DNA of 64,000 bases. Origin: an uncultured delta proteobacterium (GTDB lineage: Bacteria > Myxococcota_A > Polyangia > Polyangiales > Polyangiaceae). How positions within the stretch are numbered: position 1 is the stretch's first letter; each line of letters begins with the position of its first letter. The notes beneath the pieces are model-generated. The model saw only the letters and a list, made by a program, of their open reading frames with translations, was not told the origin of the DNA and searched no databases. A program made the position numbers and the translations under genes. Below are positions 24,787 through 34,918 of this stretch, piece by piece. Where the stretch lies: assembly GCA_963716725.1 (NCBI GenBank), contig CAVQUB010000032.1:277733-341732 (forward strand), read 5' to 3'.

Positions 24787-25749
24787 ATGACCGTCGACTC
24801 GCTTTGGACGTGTCGCGCCGGCTTTGAGCGGGACCTCGCCGAAGAGCTGGAGCAGGGTCGGGTGCTCGGGCCCGCGCTGGCCCGCGGGCGGAGGCCGAAG
24901 GCCGGTCTGCCGACCTTTGGCCGGCAGGGCATGCCCATCGCCGCGCAGACCGGCACCAAAGCGGATCCGTGTCTGTCCCTTGTCCGCGAGCTGACCGGTG
25001 ACGGTGCTTTCTCGCTCCACGTGTGGGTTCCTGACAGTGACGCGGGCAACCAGTTGACCGGGCTCGCCGATCAGCTCGGTCGCGATCTGCGCGCTGGGCT
25101 CGGCGACCGCTCGGCGCGCGAAGTCCGTGCCGACCGGCTTGCCGCCACCGAGCCGCTCGTGCAAGTCGCCGTCGTCGCGCCTGATCAGGCATTCATCGGA
25201 GCGTCGCCGGTGGGCGAGGTGGCATCGAATTGGCCGGGCGGGCGGGCGCGCATGAAGCTGCCGCCCGGCGCCCCATCGCGAGCCACGGCGAAGGTACTCG
25301 AGGCCATCAGCTGGATCGGCATCGGTCCGGGGCCCGGCGAGACTTGCGTCGATCTCGGCGCAGCGCCCGGTGGCTGGACCTTCGCACTGCTCGCTCGTCG
25401 GGCGCGGGTCATCGCGGTCGATCGCGCCGCCATGGCTCCGATCATCGCCAAGGATAGGCGACTGAAACACCTGCGCGGCAACGCTTTCGAATTTAGGCCT
25501 GACGAGCCAGTGGATTGGCTCTTCTGCGACATGGTCCACAAGCCGGCGGAGGTCGCGCGCCTGATTGCGCGCTGGGGCCGCGAAGGCATGGCGCGCCTCG
25601 TCGTGTCGAACCTGAAGCTGCCCATGAAGCGGCGCGTGGCTGCGGTCGAGGAGGCCCGCCGTATCGTCCGCGAGGGCGGCTGGAAGGACCTCCGAACTCG
25701 CCAGCTCTACCACGATCGCGACGAGATCACGCTCTTTGCCCACGCCTGA
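24787..25749 (+). CDS. rlmM: 23S rRNA C2498 2'-O-methyltransferase
   Basis: APSRATAKVLEA, VDLGAAPGGWT, DWLFCDMV, NLKLPMK, QLYHDRDEIT. Confidence 0.9.
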   Translation: MTVDSLWTCRAGFERDLAEELEQGRVLGPALARGRRPKAGLPTFGRQGMPIAAQTGTKADPCLSLVRELTGDGAFSLHVWVPDSDAGNQLTGLADQLGRDLRAGLGDRSAREVRADRLAATEPLVQVAVVAPDQAFIGASPVGEVASNWPGGRARMKLPPGAPSRATAKVLEAISWIGIGPGPGETCVDLGAAPGGWTFALLARRARVIAVDRAAMAPIIAKDRRLKHLRGNAFEFRPDEPVDWLFCDMVHKPAEVARLIARWGREGMARLVVSNLKLPMKRRVAAVEEARRIVREGGWKDLRTRQLYHDRDEITLFAHA

Positions 25750-25796
25750 CGTGGGGCTTGGGCCCTGCTCGGCGCTTTGCTAGGAGATCGTCACCC

Positions 25797-26762
25797 ATGT
25801 CCGAACCGCGTCTCCACAACGTCCTGATCATCGGCTCCGGCCCCGCCGGCCTCACTGCGGCGATCTACGCCGCCCGCGCGAACCTGAAGCCCTTCTGCGT
25901 CGAGGGCTTCAACGCAGGCGGCCTGATCCCCGGCGGACAACTCATGTTCACCACCGACGTCGAGAACTACCCGGGCTTTCCCCAAGGTGTGACCGGCCAG
26001 GAGATGATGGGGAAGTTCCGCGAGCAAGCGGAGCACCAGGGTACGGAGATCGTCACGGCGGACGTGCAGAAGGTCGACTTCTCGTCTAGGCCTTTCAAGG
26101 TTTGGGTCGGCGAAGACGAGAACGTGCTGCACCTTGCCAAGAGCGTGATCATCGCGACGGGTGCCCGCGCCAACTACGTTGGCCTGCCCAACGAAGAGAA
26201 GCTCAAGAACAAGGGCGTCAGCGCTTGCGCAGTCTGCGACGGGGCGCTGTTCCGGAACAAACCCGTAGCCGTCGTGGGTGGGGGCGACACGGCCATGGAA
26301 GAGGCGAGCTACCTCGCCGGCCTGTGCTCGCGCGTGACCTTGATTCACCGCCGCGACGAGTTCCGCGCTTCGAAGGCCATGCAGCAGCGCGTCGTCGCCA
26401 ATCCGAAGATCGAGATCCTCTACAGCCACGTGGTCGAAGATGTGCTCGATGTCTCCAAAGACCAGGTGACCGGCGTACGCGTCAAGGACCTGAAGACCGG
26501 CGATTCGCGCACGGTGGACGTGAGCGCGATGTTCGTCGCCATCGGTCACACTCCCCTGACGGACCTCTTCAAGGCCCAGCTCGAGCTGCATTCGAACGGC
26601 TACCTGAAGGTCGAGCCGGGCACGCCCCGCACCAGCATGCCCGGCGTGTTTGCCGCGGGTGACGTCGCCGATTGGGTGTATCGCCAGGCGGTCACGGCGG
26701 CCGGTACCGGCTGCATGGCCGCGCTCGAAGCCGAGCGCTGGCTTCAGGCGAACGAGCACTGA
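25797..26762 (+). CDS. trxB: Thioredoxin reductase
   Basis: GSGPAG, VENYPGF, CAVCDG, GGGDTA.EEA, HRRDEFRAS, FAAGDV, QAVTAAGTG. Confidence 0.97.
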   Translation: MSEPRLHNVLIIGSGPAGLTAAIYAARANLKPFCVEGFNAGGLIPGGQLMFTTDVENYPGFPQGVTGQEMMGKFREQAEHQGTEIVTADVQKVDFSSRPFKVWVGEDENVLHLAKSVIIATGARANYVGLPNEEKLKNKGVSACAVCDGALFRNKPVAVVGGGDTAMEEASYLAGLCSRVTLIHRRDEFRASKAMQQRVVANPKIEILYSHVVEDVLDVSKDQVTGVRVKDLKTGDSRTVDVSAMFVAIGHTPLTDLFKAQLELHSNGYLKVEPGTPRTSMPGVFAAGDVADWVYRQAVTAAGTGCMAALEAERWLQANEH

Positions 26763-26768
26763 CGAGCG

Positions 26769-27635
26769 ATGCCCTCGACGGAGCCCGACCCGCGAGACGA
26801 GCTGCGCGTGCTGGCCGCGGCCCTCGCCGCCCACGCAGACTGGCAACAGGCCACCGGCGCGAGTGGCCTGCCGGCTGCGACCGCCGAGATCGCGCGGGCG
26901 CGTCGGGGACCAGACGACGCACTGCCTGATGAGAGGCCGCCGGGCGCAGGAACTCACGCGCTCTCGCCCTCGCCTCCGGCTTCCCCCAGGTCCGATGCTC
27001 CGCGGGCAGCGACCGCTACGGCGTCTTTACCGGCCGCGATTGTCGACCCCACCGAGCGCAAGCGAGCGCTGGACCTCATCGCCGCTCAGGTAAGCGAGTG
27101 CGCTGCCTGCGGACTGCACTCGGCGCGAAAGCAGGCCGTCTTCGCGCGCGGCATTGGGAGCTCGGGTCTGTGCTTCGTGGGTGAGGGGCCGGGAGCCGAG
27201 GAGGACGAGCAGGGCCTCCCCTTCGTGGGAGCAGCCGGCCAGCTCTTGGACAAGATGATCGAAGCGATGGGGTTTTCCCGCGACGAGGTGTACGTCGCAA
27301 ACATCGTGAAGTGCCGGCCCCCGAACAACCGCAAGCCCGCGGCCGACGAGATGGCCGAGTGTGTGCGTTACCTCGAGCAGCAGATCGCCGTTCTCAATCC
27401 CGAGGTCATCGTCGCGCTCGGCGCAACGGCGGTGCAGGGTCTGCTCGGCACCACGGAAGGCATTACGCGCCTCCGAGGCAAGTGGAAGCTGTACAAAGGC
27501 CGCATCGCGGTGATGCCGACCTTTCATCCTGCGTACTTGCTCAGAACTCCGAGTGCGAAGCGCGAGGTTTGGACGGATCTGCAGTCGGTGCTGAGGCAGA
27601 TGGGGCGCTCGGTGCCGGAGCCCAAGAAGGGCTGA
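26769..27635 (+). CDS. Uracil-DNA glycosylase, family 4
   Basis: C..C.L Fe-S ligands, GEGPG.EED, NIVKCRPPNNR, TFHPAYLLR. Confidence 0.95.
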   Translation: MPSTEPDPRDELRVLAAALAAHADWQQATGASGLPAATAEIARARRGPDDALPDERPPGAGTHALSPSPPASPRSDAPRAATATASLPAAIVDPTERKRALDLIAAQVSECAACGLHSARKQAVFARGIGSSGLCFVGEGPGAEEDEQGLPFVGAAGQLLDKMIEAMGFSRDEVYVANIVKCRPPNNRKPAADEMAECVRYLEQQIAVLNPEVIVALGATAVQGLLGTTEGITRLRGKWKLYKGRIAVMPTFHPAYLLRTPSAKREVWTDLQSVLRQMGRSVPEPKKG

Positions 27636-28103
27636 ATGGGGTCGCGCCTCGATCGCCCCAGCGGCGTTTGGCTCGGCCGCGCGGTCCGAGTCGTGCTGGT
27701 GGTCCTCGGCGTCGCGCCCATCGTCACGCCGTTCTTCGCACAGCTGCCCGGGCTCCGCCTGATCGCGCTGCCCTTCGAGACCTGGTTCGAGTTCCAATGC
27801 CACCGCGAATTGGGGCGGTCCTTTGACCTCTTCGGGGTGGTGATGTCGGTGTGCTCGCGCTGCTTCGGGATCTACTTCGGCCTCGGGCTCGGCGCACTGG
27901 TACTCCGACCGCGCCTCGACGCCTGGCCGCTTCGCATCTGGGTGGGCCTTGGAGCCGTCGTGATGCTCTTGGACGTTGCGACCGAGGGCCTTGCGATGCG
28001 GCCGCCCTCCGGCTGGGTGAGGGTCGTCACCGGACTCTTCTTGGCGTATCCGGTGGGAGCGGCTTTGGTGCTGGCGGCGCGGGGTGAGCAATCGGAGCAG
28101 TGA
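27636..28103 (+). CDS. DUF2085-like membrane protein
   Basis: CHRELGRSF and VCSRCFGIY motifs; 4 hydrophobic segments. Confidence 0.8.
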   Translation: MGSRLDRPSGVWLGRAVRVVLVVLGVAPIVTPFFAQLPGLRLIALPFETWFEFQCHRELGRSFDLFGVVMSVCSRCFGIYFGLGLGALVLRPRLDAWPLRIWVGLGAVVMLLDVATEGLAMRPPSGWVRVVTGLFLAYPVGAALVLAARGEQSEQ

Positions 28104-28114
28104 GCGCGGGCTAG

Positions 28115-28280
28115 GTGCGGGGTCGGGGTCGGGGTCGGGGTCGCGTGCGGGGTCGGGGTCGGGGTCGGGGTCGCGTGCGGGGTCGGGGTCAGGGTCGGGG
28201 TCGCGTGCGGGGTCGGGGTCAGGGTCGGGGTCGCGTGCGGGGTCGGGGTCAGGGTCGCGTGCGGGTGCGCGTGCGGGGTC
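28115..28280 (+). repeat. G-rich hexamer array 1: (GGGGTC)n with a 30-bp higher-order unit, ending in GCGTGC units
   Basis: Directly visible; TGCGGGGTCGGGGTCRGGGTCGGGGTCGCG repeats at 28116, 28146, 28176 and 28206. Confidence 0.97.
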
Positions 28281-28383
28281 AGTGAGCGTGGGGCTGCACG
28301 TTGCGGTTGGTCCTGCGGAGAACGCGCACGAAACGCGCCGCCGCGGAGCGCGGCGTCACGCTTCCTGCGCGGAGGGGGGGGGC

Positions 28384-28740
28384 ATGACCGACCGCAACAC
28401 TCCGCCCCGCTTCCTACTGCCCCATCACAAGCTCGTCGCCTACCAGGTCGCGGTCGAGCTTCTGCTCGCCGTGCGCAAGGCGAATGTGCGCGATGCGAAG
28501 CTTCGCGACGAAGCCACGCGAGCCGCCAAGAGCACTTGTCTCAACTGCGCTGAGGGAGCGGGTCGCGTCACGCGCCGAGACAAGGCGCGGGCGTTTGCCA
28601 TCGCACGCGGCGAGGCGGTGGAGGCCGTCGCCGCTGTCGAGATCGCTTCGCTCACGGGCGACGCGTCGGCGGAGGATGCCGCGCGGTGTGTCGCGATTGG
28701 GAATCGCGTTGTGGCGCTGCTCACGGGATTGATTCGGTAG
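28384..28740 (+). CDS. Four-helix-bundle protein (23S rRNA IVP / bAvd-like), copy 1
   Basis: [11 protein letters not shown]...[21 protein letters not shown]...[10 protein letters not shown] matches the family pattern; GGAG + G-run RBS. Confidence 0.85.
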   Translation: MTDRNTPPRFLLPHHKLVAYQVAVELLLAVRKANVRDAKLRDEATRAAKSTCLNCAEGAGRVTRRDKARAFAIARGEAVEAVAAVEIASLTGDASAEDAARCVAIGNRVVALLTGLIR

Positions 28741-28775
28741 GGGTTGGGGGGCTGAATCCGAGGAAGAAAATCCCT

Positions 28776-28805
28776 GCGTGCTCCGCGTGCTCCGCGTGCT
28801 CCGCG
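28776..28805 (+). repeat. 9-bp tandem repeat (GCGTGCTCC)x3; identical copy at 29774-29803
   Basis: Directly visible. Confidence 0.9.
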
Positions 28806-28808
28806 CCT

Positions 28809-28936
<128 letters not shown>

Positions 28937-28948
28937 AGTGAGCGTGGG

Positions 28949-29283
28949 CTTCGACGCTATCGAGAATTGACCCGGGTCTGCTCTCGAGAACAGACCCACC
29001 GTCGGCGGCGACCGTGCACGACGTGCTTGACAGTGTCCGATGCGGTTGCGCACCCTGGACCTGTCCCCCGGCAACGTCCGCCGGGTCCGCGTCGAGCGAA
29101 GCGGCATTCCCGCTGGGAATCGCGTAGCTCGACGCGGTGCTCGCCACGAGGTGAGCAGGCCGTCCGAGGCACCTTCGACTCTTCTTGGCGCGCGCCAAAC
29201 GACCTGCTCACCCCGAGTCCGAGCGAATTTTGGGGGTCCGTTTTGGCGAGCACAAAGGGGTCCATTTCCGGCAAGCGCTGAAG
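28949..29283. mobile_element. 335-bp non-autonomous element (MITE) with IS21-like ends and an 8-bp target-site duplication
   Basis: AGCGTGGG at 28941-28948 and 29284-29291; empty site at 28285-28292. Imperfect TIRs CTTCGACGCTATCGAGAATTGACCC vs CTTCAGCGCTTGCCGGAAATGGACCC (reverse complement of right end); two GACCC-ending subterminal repeats at each end; no transposase. Confidence 0.8.
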
Positions 29284-29381
29284 AGCGTGGGGCTGCGCGT
29301 TGCGGTCGGTCCTGCGGAGAACGCGCACGAAACGCGACGCCGCGGAGCGCGGCGTCACGCTTCCTGCGCGGAGGGGGGGGC

Positions 29382-29738
29382 ATGACCGACCGCAACACTC
29401 CGCCCCGCTTCCTACTGCCCCATCACAAGCTCGTCGCCTACCAGGTCGCGGTCGAGCTTCTGCTCGCCGTGCGCAAGGCGAATGTGCGCGATGCGAAGCT
29501 TCGCGACGAAGCCACGCGAGCCGCCAAGAGCACTTGTCTCAACTGCGCTGAGGGAGCGGGTCGCGTCACGCGCCGAGACAAGGCGCGGGCGTTTGCCATC
29601 GCACGCGGCGAGGCGGTGGAGGCCGTCGCCGCTGTCGAGATCGCTTCGCTCACGGGCGACGCGTCGGCGGAGGATGCCGCGCGGTGTGTCGCGATTGGGA
29701 ATCGCGTTGTGGCGCTGCTCACGGGATTGATTCGGTAG
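29382..29738 (+). CDS. Four-helix-bundle protein, copy 2 (identical to copy 1)
   Basis: Same translation and, by eye, the same nucleotide sequence as 28384-28740. Confidence 0.85.
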   Translation: MTDRNTPPRFLLPHHKLVAYQVAVELLLAVRKANVRDAKLRDEATRAAKSTCLNCAEGAGRVTRRDKARAFAIARGEAVEAVAAVEIASLTGDASAEDAARCVAIGNRVVALLTGLIR

Positions 29739-29806
29739 GGGTTGGGGGGCTGAATCCGAGGAAGAAAATCCCTGCGTGCTCCGCGTGCTCCGCGTGCTCC
29801 GCGCCT

Positions 29807-29944
<138 letters not shown>

Positions 29945-29972
29945 TCTGCCTCTGACTTCTGAGCAAGAAACT

Positions 29973-30035
29973 CTCGGCGTTTTCGGCGTTTTCGGCGTTC
30001 TCGGCGCCCTCCGCGCTTTCCGCGCTCTCCGTGCC
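29973..30035 (+). repeat. Degenerate 9-bp tandem repeats (TCGGCGTTT / TCCGCGCTT)
   Basis: Directly visible; preceded by GAGCAAGAAA, which resembles the GAGGAAGAAA before the other 9-mer tracts. Confidence 0.8.
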
Positions 30036-30045
30036 TCGCCGTAGA

Positions 30046-31902
30046 TCAGGGCCGCTCGGAGGGCTTGGCGTGGCTCACCGCCGAGGCGTCGTACATCGTT
30101 CGGATCGCGCTCGAGTTGCGCTCGCGGATGCGCTCCCGGCGGGGCTTCAGCGTCTCTGTCAGCTCGCCCTCGGCCACGCTGAGCTCGCGATCGAGCACGG
30201 TGAACTTCCGGATCTGCTCGAAGCGAGAGAGCCGCCTGTTCATGTCGTCGATGTCGAGCTGGAGCATGGCTCGTAGCTCCGGATCGCGGGAGAGCGCGGC
30301 GGGGTCGGTGCCGCGTCGGTGATCCGCGGCCCAGGGGCGTACTGTGGTCATGTCGAGCGCGACGAGCGCTACCAAGAAGCGCTCGCGGTCGCCGATCACC
30401 ACGGCCTGGCTGATCCACGGGGACTGGCAGAGCAACCGCTCGAGACCCTGCGGCGCGACGTTCGAGCCGCCGGCCGTGACGATCAGGTCCTTCTTGCGAT
30501 CCACGATGGTCAAGAAGCCTTCGGCGTCGACGCGCCCGACGTCGCCGGTGTGAAGCCAGCCCTCGGTGTCGATGACCTCGGCCGAGGCCTCCGGCTGGCC
30601 GAAGAACCCCAGCATCGAGCCGGGGCCGCGCAGCAGGATCTCCCCGTCCCTCTCGATGCGCATTTCGACGCCCCGCAGCGGCTGTCCGACGCTGCCGAAG
30701 CGGTACTTATCGCGTCGATTCACGTGGGTGCAGCCGCACATCTCCGTGAGGCCGTAGCCCTCGAGGACCAAGATGCCCATCGCGTGAAACCACTCGGCGA
30801 GGTCCTTCGAGAGCGGGGCGCCGCCGCTCACGGCGAAGCGCAGACGGCCGCCGAAGCGCTCGCGCACCTTCGACAGTGCGATCTTGTCCGCGTAGCGGTG
30901 GCGCGCTGCGAGGAGCCCCGAGGGCGAGTCCCCGCGTTGTAGCGCGCGGGAGGTCGACAGGCCGATGCCCACCGCCCACCGCCATAGGCGCTCCTTCACG
31001 GCGCCTTCAGCCCCCGCGTTCTCGGTCGCCACCGTGAACACCTTCTCGAACAAGCGGGGAACCGAGACGAAGAAGGTCGGGCGGACCTCATTGAAGCTCT
31101 CGATCACCCGGTGCATGCCGTCCGCGAACGCGGTGCGGGCGCCGCCCGCGACGGAAGCGAAGAGCACGACACGGGCAAGGATGTGCGCGAGCGGGAGGAA
31201 CATCAGCTGCTCGTCGTCGGCCCTCACCGGCACCGCTTCGAGCAAAGCGTCGACTTGACTGAGCAGGGCGCCGTGCGTGAGCACAGCGCCGCGGGGAACG
31301 CCGGTAGTGCCTGAGGTGTAGACGATCGTCGCCGCGTCGGTCGGCCCGACTTCGGCCCGTCGTTGTTCGAAGCGCGCTGCGGCCTCAGCGTTGAGCGCGA
31401 GGGCGTTGGCGTCGCGGAGCGCCTCCAGCCAGCGCCGAACCACGAGCGGCGGTCCATGGGGCCGGGTGATGGGCTCGATGGGGGATCCCGGTTCGAAGAC
31501 CACCACGTCTTCGAGGGTCGCCAGGGCGTCCCCGGAGCCCGCGAACTGGGCGAGTTGTGACGGGCCTTCGACGAAGGCGCGTCGCGCGCCGCAGTTCTCG
31601 AGGATTGTTGCGATCTGCTCCGAGGTCGCGGTCGGGTAGACGGGAACGGTGACGCCTCCCGCCCCCAGTACCCCGAAGTCCACCATGCACCACTCTTCGC
31701 GAGTGTTCGACAAGAGCAACACGCGGTCGCCCTTGCCCAGCCCGCTCTCGATCAGCGCGATGGACAGGGCCCGACTGACGTCACGCCACTCGCGCCAGCT
31801 CTCGCCGCTCCAACGTCCGGACTTCTTGGTCCGCAGCGCGACGGCGTCGCCGCTCGCTGCGACCCGGCGTTCGAGCAGGTCTTGCAGGTGCCGCGCGGTC
31901 AT
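30046..31902 (-). CDS. Long-chain-fatty-acid--CoA ligase (AMP-binding enzyme)
   Basis: YTSGTTGVPRG, LPLAHI, SGGAPL, EGYGLTE, WLHTGDVG, DRKKD. Confidence 0.93.
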   Translation of the reverse strand: MTARHLQDLLERRVAASGDAVALRTKKSGRWSGESWREWRDVSRALSIALIESGLGKGDRVLLLSNTREEWCMVDFGVLGAGGVTVPVYPTATSEQIATILENCGARRAFVEGPSQLAQFAGSGDALATLEDVVVFEPGSPIEPITRPHGPPLVVRRWLEALRDANALALNAEAAARFEQRRAEVGPTDAATIVYTSGTTGVPRGAVLTHGALLSQVDALLEAVPVRADDEQLMFLPLAHILARVVLFASVAGGARTAFADGMHRVIESFNEVRPTFFVSVPRLFEKVFTVATENAGAEGAVKERLWRWAVGIGLSTSRALQRGDSPSGLLAARHRYADKIALSKVRERFGGRLRFAVSGGAPLSKDLAEWFHAMGILVLEGYGLTEMCGCTHVNRRDKYRFGSVGQPLRGVEMRIERDGEILLRGPGSMLGFFGQPEASAEVIDTEGWLHTGDVGRVDAEGFLTIVDRKKDLIVTAGGSNVAPQGLERLLCQSPWISQAVVIGDRERFLVALVALDMTTVRPWAADHRRGTDPAALSRDPELRAMLQLDIDDMNRRLSRFEQIRKFTVLDRELSVAEGELTETLKPRRERIRERNSSAIRTMYDASAVSHAKPSERP

Positions 31903-31927
31903 ACCGAGACCCGGCAGGTCTCCTGGC

Positions 31928-33655
31928 TCAGAGTCCGATCACGTAGCCGAGGCTGGGTTCGATGACCTGGCCAGTGGTGGGCAACATGAACATGAGGTTC
32001 AGGTTGAGCTGGAAGCCGCTGTTCTGGCTGGTCGCGTACACGACTCCGCCGTTCAGGCCCACGAAGCTCTGCCCGAGCTTCTTGTAGGCATCGAGCTTGA
32101 CCTCTTTGCCGGCGGGGCTCTTGGTGGGAGCATCAGCGCAGGCCTTGTCCGGGCAGTCCCAGACCGTGACGGGCAGCTTCGCGTCGACCTGGGCGAGGCC
32201 GCCGCCGCCGCCGATGTAGGGACGGAACCCTTTCTTCGAGAAGACGTCCTTGCCCAGCCAATACTTCACCCGAGCTTCGGCGTGGAAGGGCAAGAACTTC
32301 ACGTCCTTCTTCTCGCCCGCCGCGGGTCCGCCGTTGAAGGCGTAGCCGAGCCGGGCGCCGACGGTGATGTTCGACCCGAGCACACGATCGAACGAGAGCA
32401 TCACGCGAGCCGTTCCGGGAGCTACGCCGGTCGAGATCTTGTTGGCAATGCCCTGCTGGGGCAGCCCGGTGTACTGGTCTTCGGTGCCCTCGCGGAAGCA
32501 CGCAAAGCCTTCATTGTCTTGGCTGTCTTTGGAGCAGACGTTCTCGCCGCCGACGATCGCGAGATCGTAAGCCGCGTGGAAGCCGAGCCAGTTCTTCTTG
32601 AAGGGACCACTCGGACCGCTCGAGTCGCACTTTCCGCCGACGCACTTGGCGCCGCTCGAACAGTCAGCGTCCACATCGCAGGTCTGCCCCTGCTCGCAGG
32701 TACCGTTGACACACGAGAGGCCCGACTGGCACTCGTCGGTGGAGCCGCAGGATGAGCCCCAGGCCTTGGTGCCGCCCGCGCCCTTCTTGCACCCGGGGAA
32801 ATCCGGAGGGCACTCCTCCTGTTCGGCACAGCGCGCCGGAGGGTCCTTGTCCGGGAACGCCGGGGCGTCCTGGTCGGTCTGCGGAACGACCGATACCTCG
32901 ACGGGTTTGCTCTTGGTGCCGTAGGTGTCCACGGCCTCGCCGGAGGCGTCGAGGGCGCGAATGTAGAAGCGAAGGGTGCCAGCGAGTTGGGTGGCCGAAC
33001 AGGGGATTTCCCCAAGAAAGGCGTCGCCCTTCTTGCTCATCTTGACGGTCTTCCACTGCTCGCCGCCGAACTCCTTGTACTTGAGCTCGGCCTTGGTGGC
33101 CTCTTCTTCGCTGGTGCACGAAATGGGAATGGCGCGGCGGGTCTGAACCTCCGTCGCCCTGGGCTCGCACTCCATGCTGCCCGCGGTGTCGGACTTTGGG
33201 GGCTTCTTGCCGCCCTCGCCGCCCTCGCCGCCTTCGCCGCCCTCGCCGCCGGCGCCACCGGTGCCGCTACTGCCGCTGCCCTGCACCTCACCGAAGGCCT
33301 TCTTGGTCTCCGGGGTCGCGAGCGCGTCGTCGAGCGTGACCTTGGAGTCGGCGGCGACGGCCTTCTGGAAGGCTTCCTTGGCGCCCTTGAGGTCGTTCTT
33401 GCCGCTGCCGCGCACGATGCCGACGTACATCCATGCCTTCGCGATCACGCTGCCGCTGCACTTGTCGCCGCAAGCGTTGATCGTCCCCGTCAGGGTCGCC
33501 TCGGCCTTGTCGAAGTCCGTCGCCAGGTAGTGGACGTTGATGGCTTCGTCGATCTTCTTGGTCGCGGCGGCGTCCCGGGGGGCTGCCGAGACGGTCGCGG
33601 CGGCGAATACAACGAGGGCGGCGGTGATGAGCTTCAGGAGCGGTCGGCGATACAC
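31928..33655 (-). CDS. Secreted/outer-membrane protein: helical TPR-like N-terminus, Cys-rich repeats, C-terminal beta-barrel-like region
   Basis: Signal peptide; C.S..EC.SGL.C.NG.C motifs; amphipathic strands ending SLGYVIGL. Confidence 0.7.
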   Translation of the reverse strand: MYRRPLLKLITAALVVFAAATVSAAPRDAAATKKIDEAINVHYLATDFDKAEATLTGTINACGDKCSGSVIAKAWMYVGIVRGSGKNDLKGAKEAFQKAVAADSKVTLDDALATPETKKAFGEVQGSGSSGTGGAGGEGGEGGEGGEGGKKPPKSDTAGSMECEPRATEVQTRRAIPISCTSEEEATKAELKYKEFGGEQWKTVKMSKKGDAFLGEIPCSATQLAGTLRFYIRALDASGEAVDTYGTKSKPVEVSVVPQTDQDAPAFPDKDPPARCAEQEECPPDFPGCKKGAGGTKAWGSSCGSTDECQSGLSCVNGTCEQGQTCDVDADCSSGAKCVGGKCDSSGPSGPFKKNWLGFHAAYDLAIVGGENVCSKDSQDNEGFACFREGTEDQYTGLPQQGIANKISTGVAPGTARVMLSFDRVLGSNITVGARLGYAFNGGPAAGEKKDVKFLPFHAEARVKYWLGKDVFSKKGFRPYIGGGGGLAQVDAKLPVTVWDCPDKACADAPTKSPAGKEVKLDAYKKLGQSFVGLNGGVVYATSQNSGFQLNLNLMFMLPTTGQVIEPSLGYVIGL

Positions 33656-33774
33656 GGGGCTGTTCTCTCCGTAAGGTGTTCGTGGGAAGTTTGAAGCTTG
33701 GGCCGGCCAGGGGGCGTCCCCGTGCCCCCGGCGCGAGTCCGCTCACATGCGGATGGCGGTGGGCGGACAAGGCA

Positions 33775-34918
33775 TCAGTTGTTCTGGGTCTTCGGGCAGC
33801 CCTCTTTGGCTCCCTCGGTGCGTACGAACTGAACGCGGCGGTTCAAGGCCATGTTCACCTCGGAGTTGTTCGGCACGAGCGGTCGCTCGAAGCCGTAGCC
33901 GTGGGAGGTGAGGCGGCTGGCGGACAGGCCATGCGACACCAGGTACTTCATGACGGAGGCGGCGCGTTTGTCGCTCAGGGTCTTGTTGTACTTGGCGCTT
34001 CCGCGATTGTCGGTGTGGCCCTGGACTTCGATCTTGATGTCCGGGTTCTTGCCGAGCACCTCCACGACTGCGTCGAGGACCGCATGCGACTCTTTGCGGA
34101 TGACGGCCTTGTTGTATTCGAAGTGGATCTGCTGGGTGATCTTCACTTCGCAATCGGTGACCAAGACCAGCGCCGGTTTGGCCGGGCAGCCCAGGGGCTC
34201 TTGCGTCGCGGAGCCGATCTCGTTGGGGCACTGATCCTTCAGATCCGGAACCGTGTCCTTGTCGTTGTCGAGGTCGGGGCAGCCGTCGTCGTCTTCGTAG
34301 CCGTCGGGATCTTCGGGATCGTTCGGGCACTTGTCCTTTGCGTCCAAGATGCCGTCCAAATCGTTGTCGACCTCGGGGCAGCCGTCGTCGTCGAGGTACT
34401 GATCTTTGTCTTCGGCCTCGAGCACGCAGGCGTCGACGGAGTCGGTCAGGCCGTCGCCGTCGGTGTCCGGATCGTCGGGGCAGCCGTCTTCGTCCTTGAA
34501 ACCGTTGAAATTCTCCGGCTCGTCGGGGCAGCCGTCGGCGGGGTCGAGATAGCCGTCGCCGTCACGATCGCCCGGCGCGGGCTTGGGCTTGGGCTTCATC
34601 TCGACGAAGCCGCGCTCGGCGCAGTACTGCGGAGGCGACAGAAAGACCGCCGCGTGCGCGTTTGGCTCGGCGAGCCAGAGGTGCCGCTTGGCTTTGGAAA
34701 TGAACCCTTGGTCGAGTTCCATCGCGGCGAACTTGAGGTGGCTCTGGGCGGTGGCGAGCTCACGCGGCGCGCAGCGCACGGCGCCGTTGCGCTCTGCCTG
34801 ATCTGCGACCTTGGTCGAGGCCCTCGATCGTGCCCCGAAGCTTGGGGCCCTGCGCACAGGCAGCGAACACGGTCGTCGGCAGTGCGATCACGAAGATCCA
34901 TTGCAGCGCTCGGTTCAT
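33775..34918 (-). CDS. OmpA-family lipoprotein with DUF4398-like N-terminus and thrombospondin type 3 repeats; apparent frameshift near 34810
   Basis: DxDGDG/D.CP repeats; IEVQGHTD.RG, LSDKRA.SV, GYG.ERP, NRRVQF. Confidence 0.92.
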
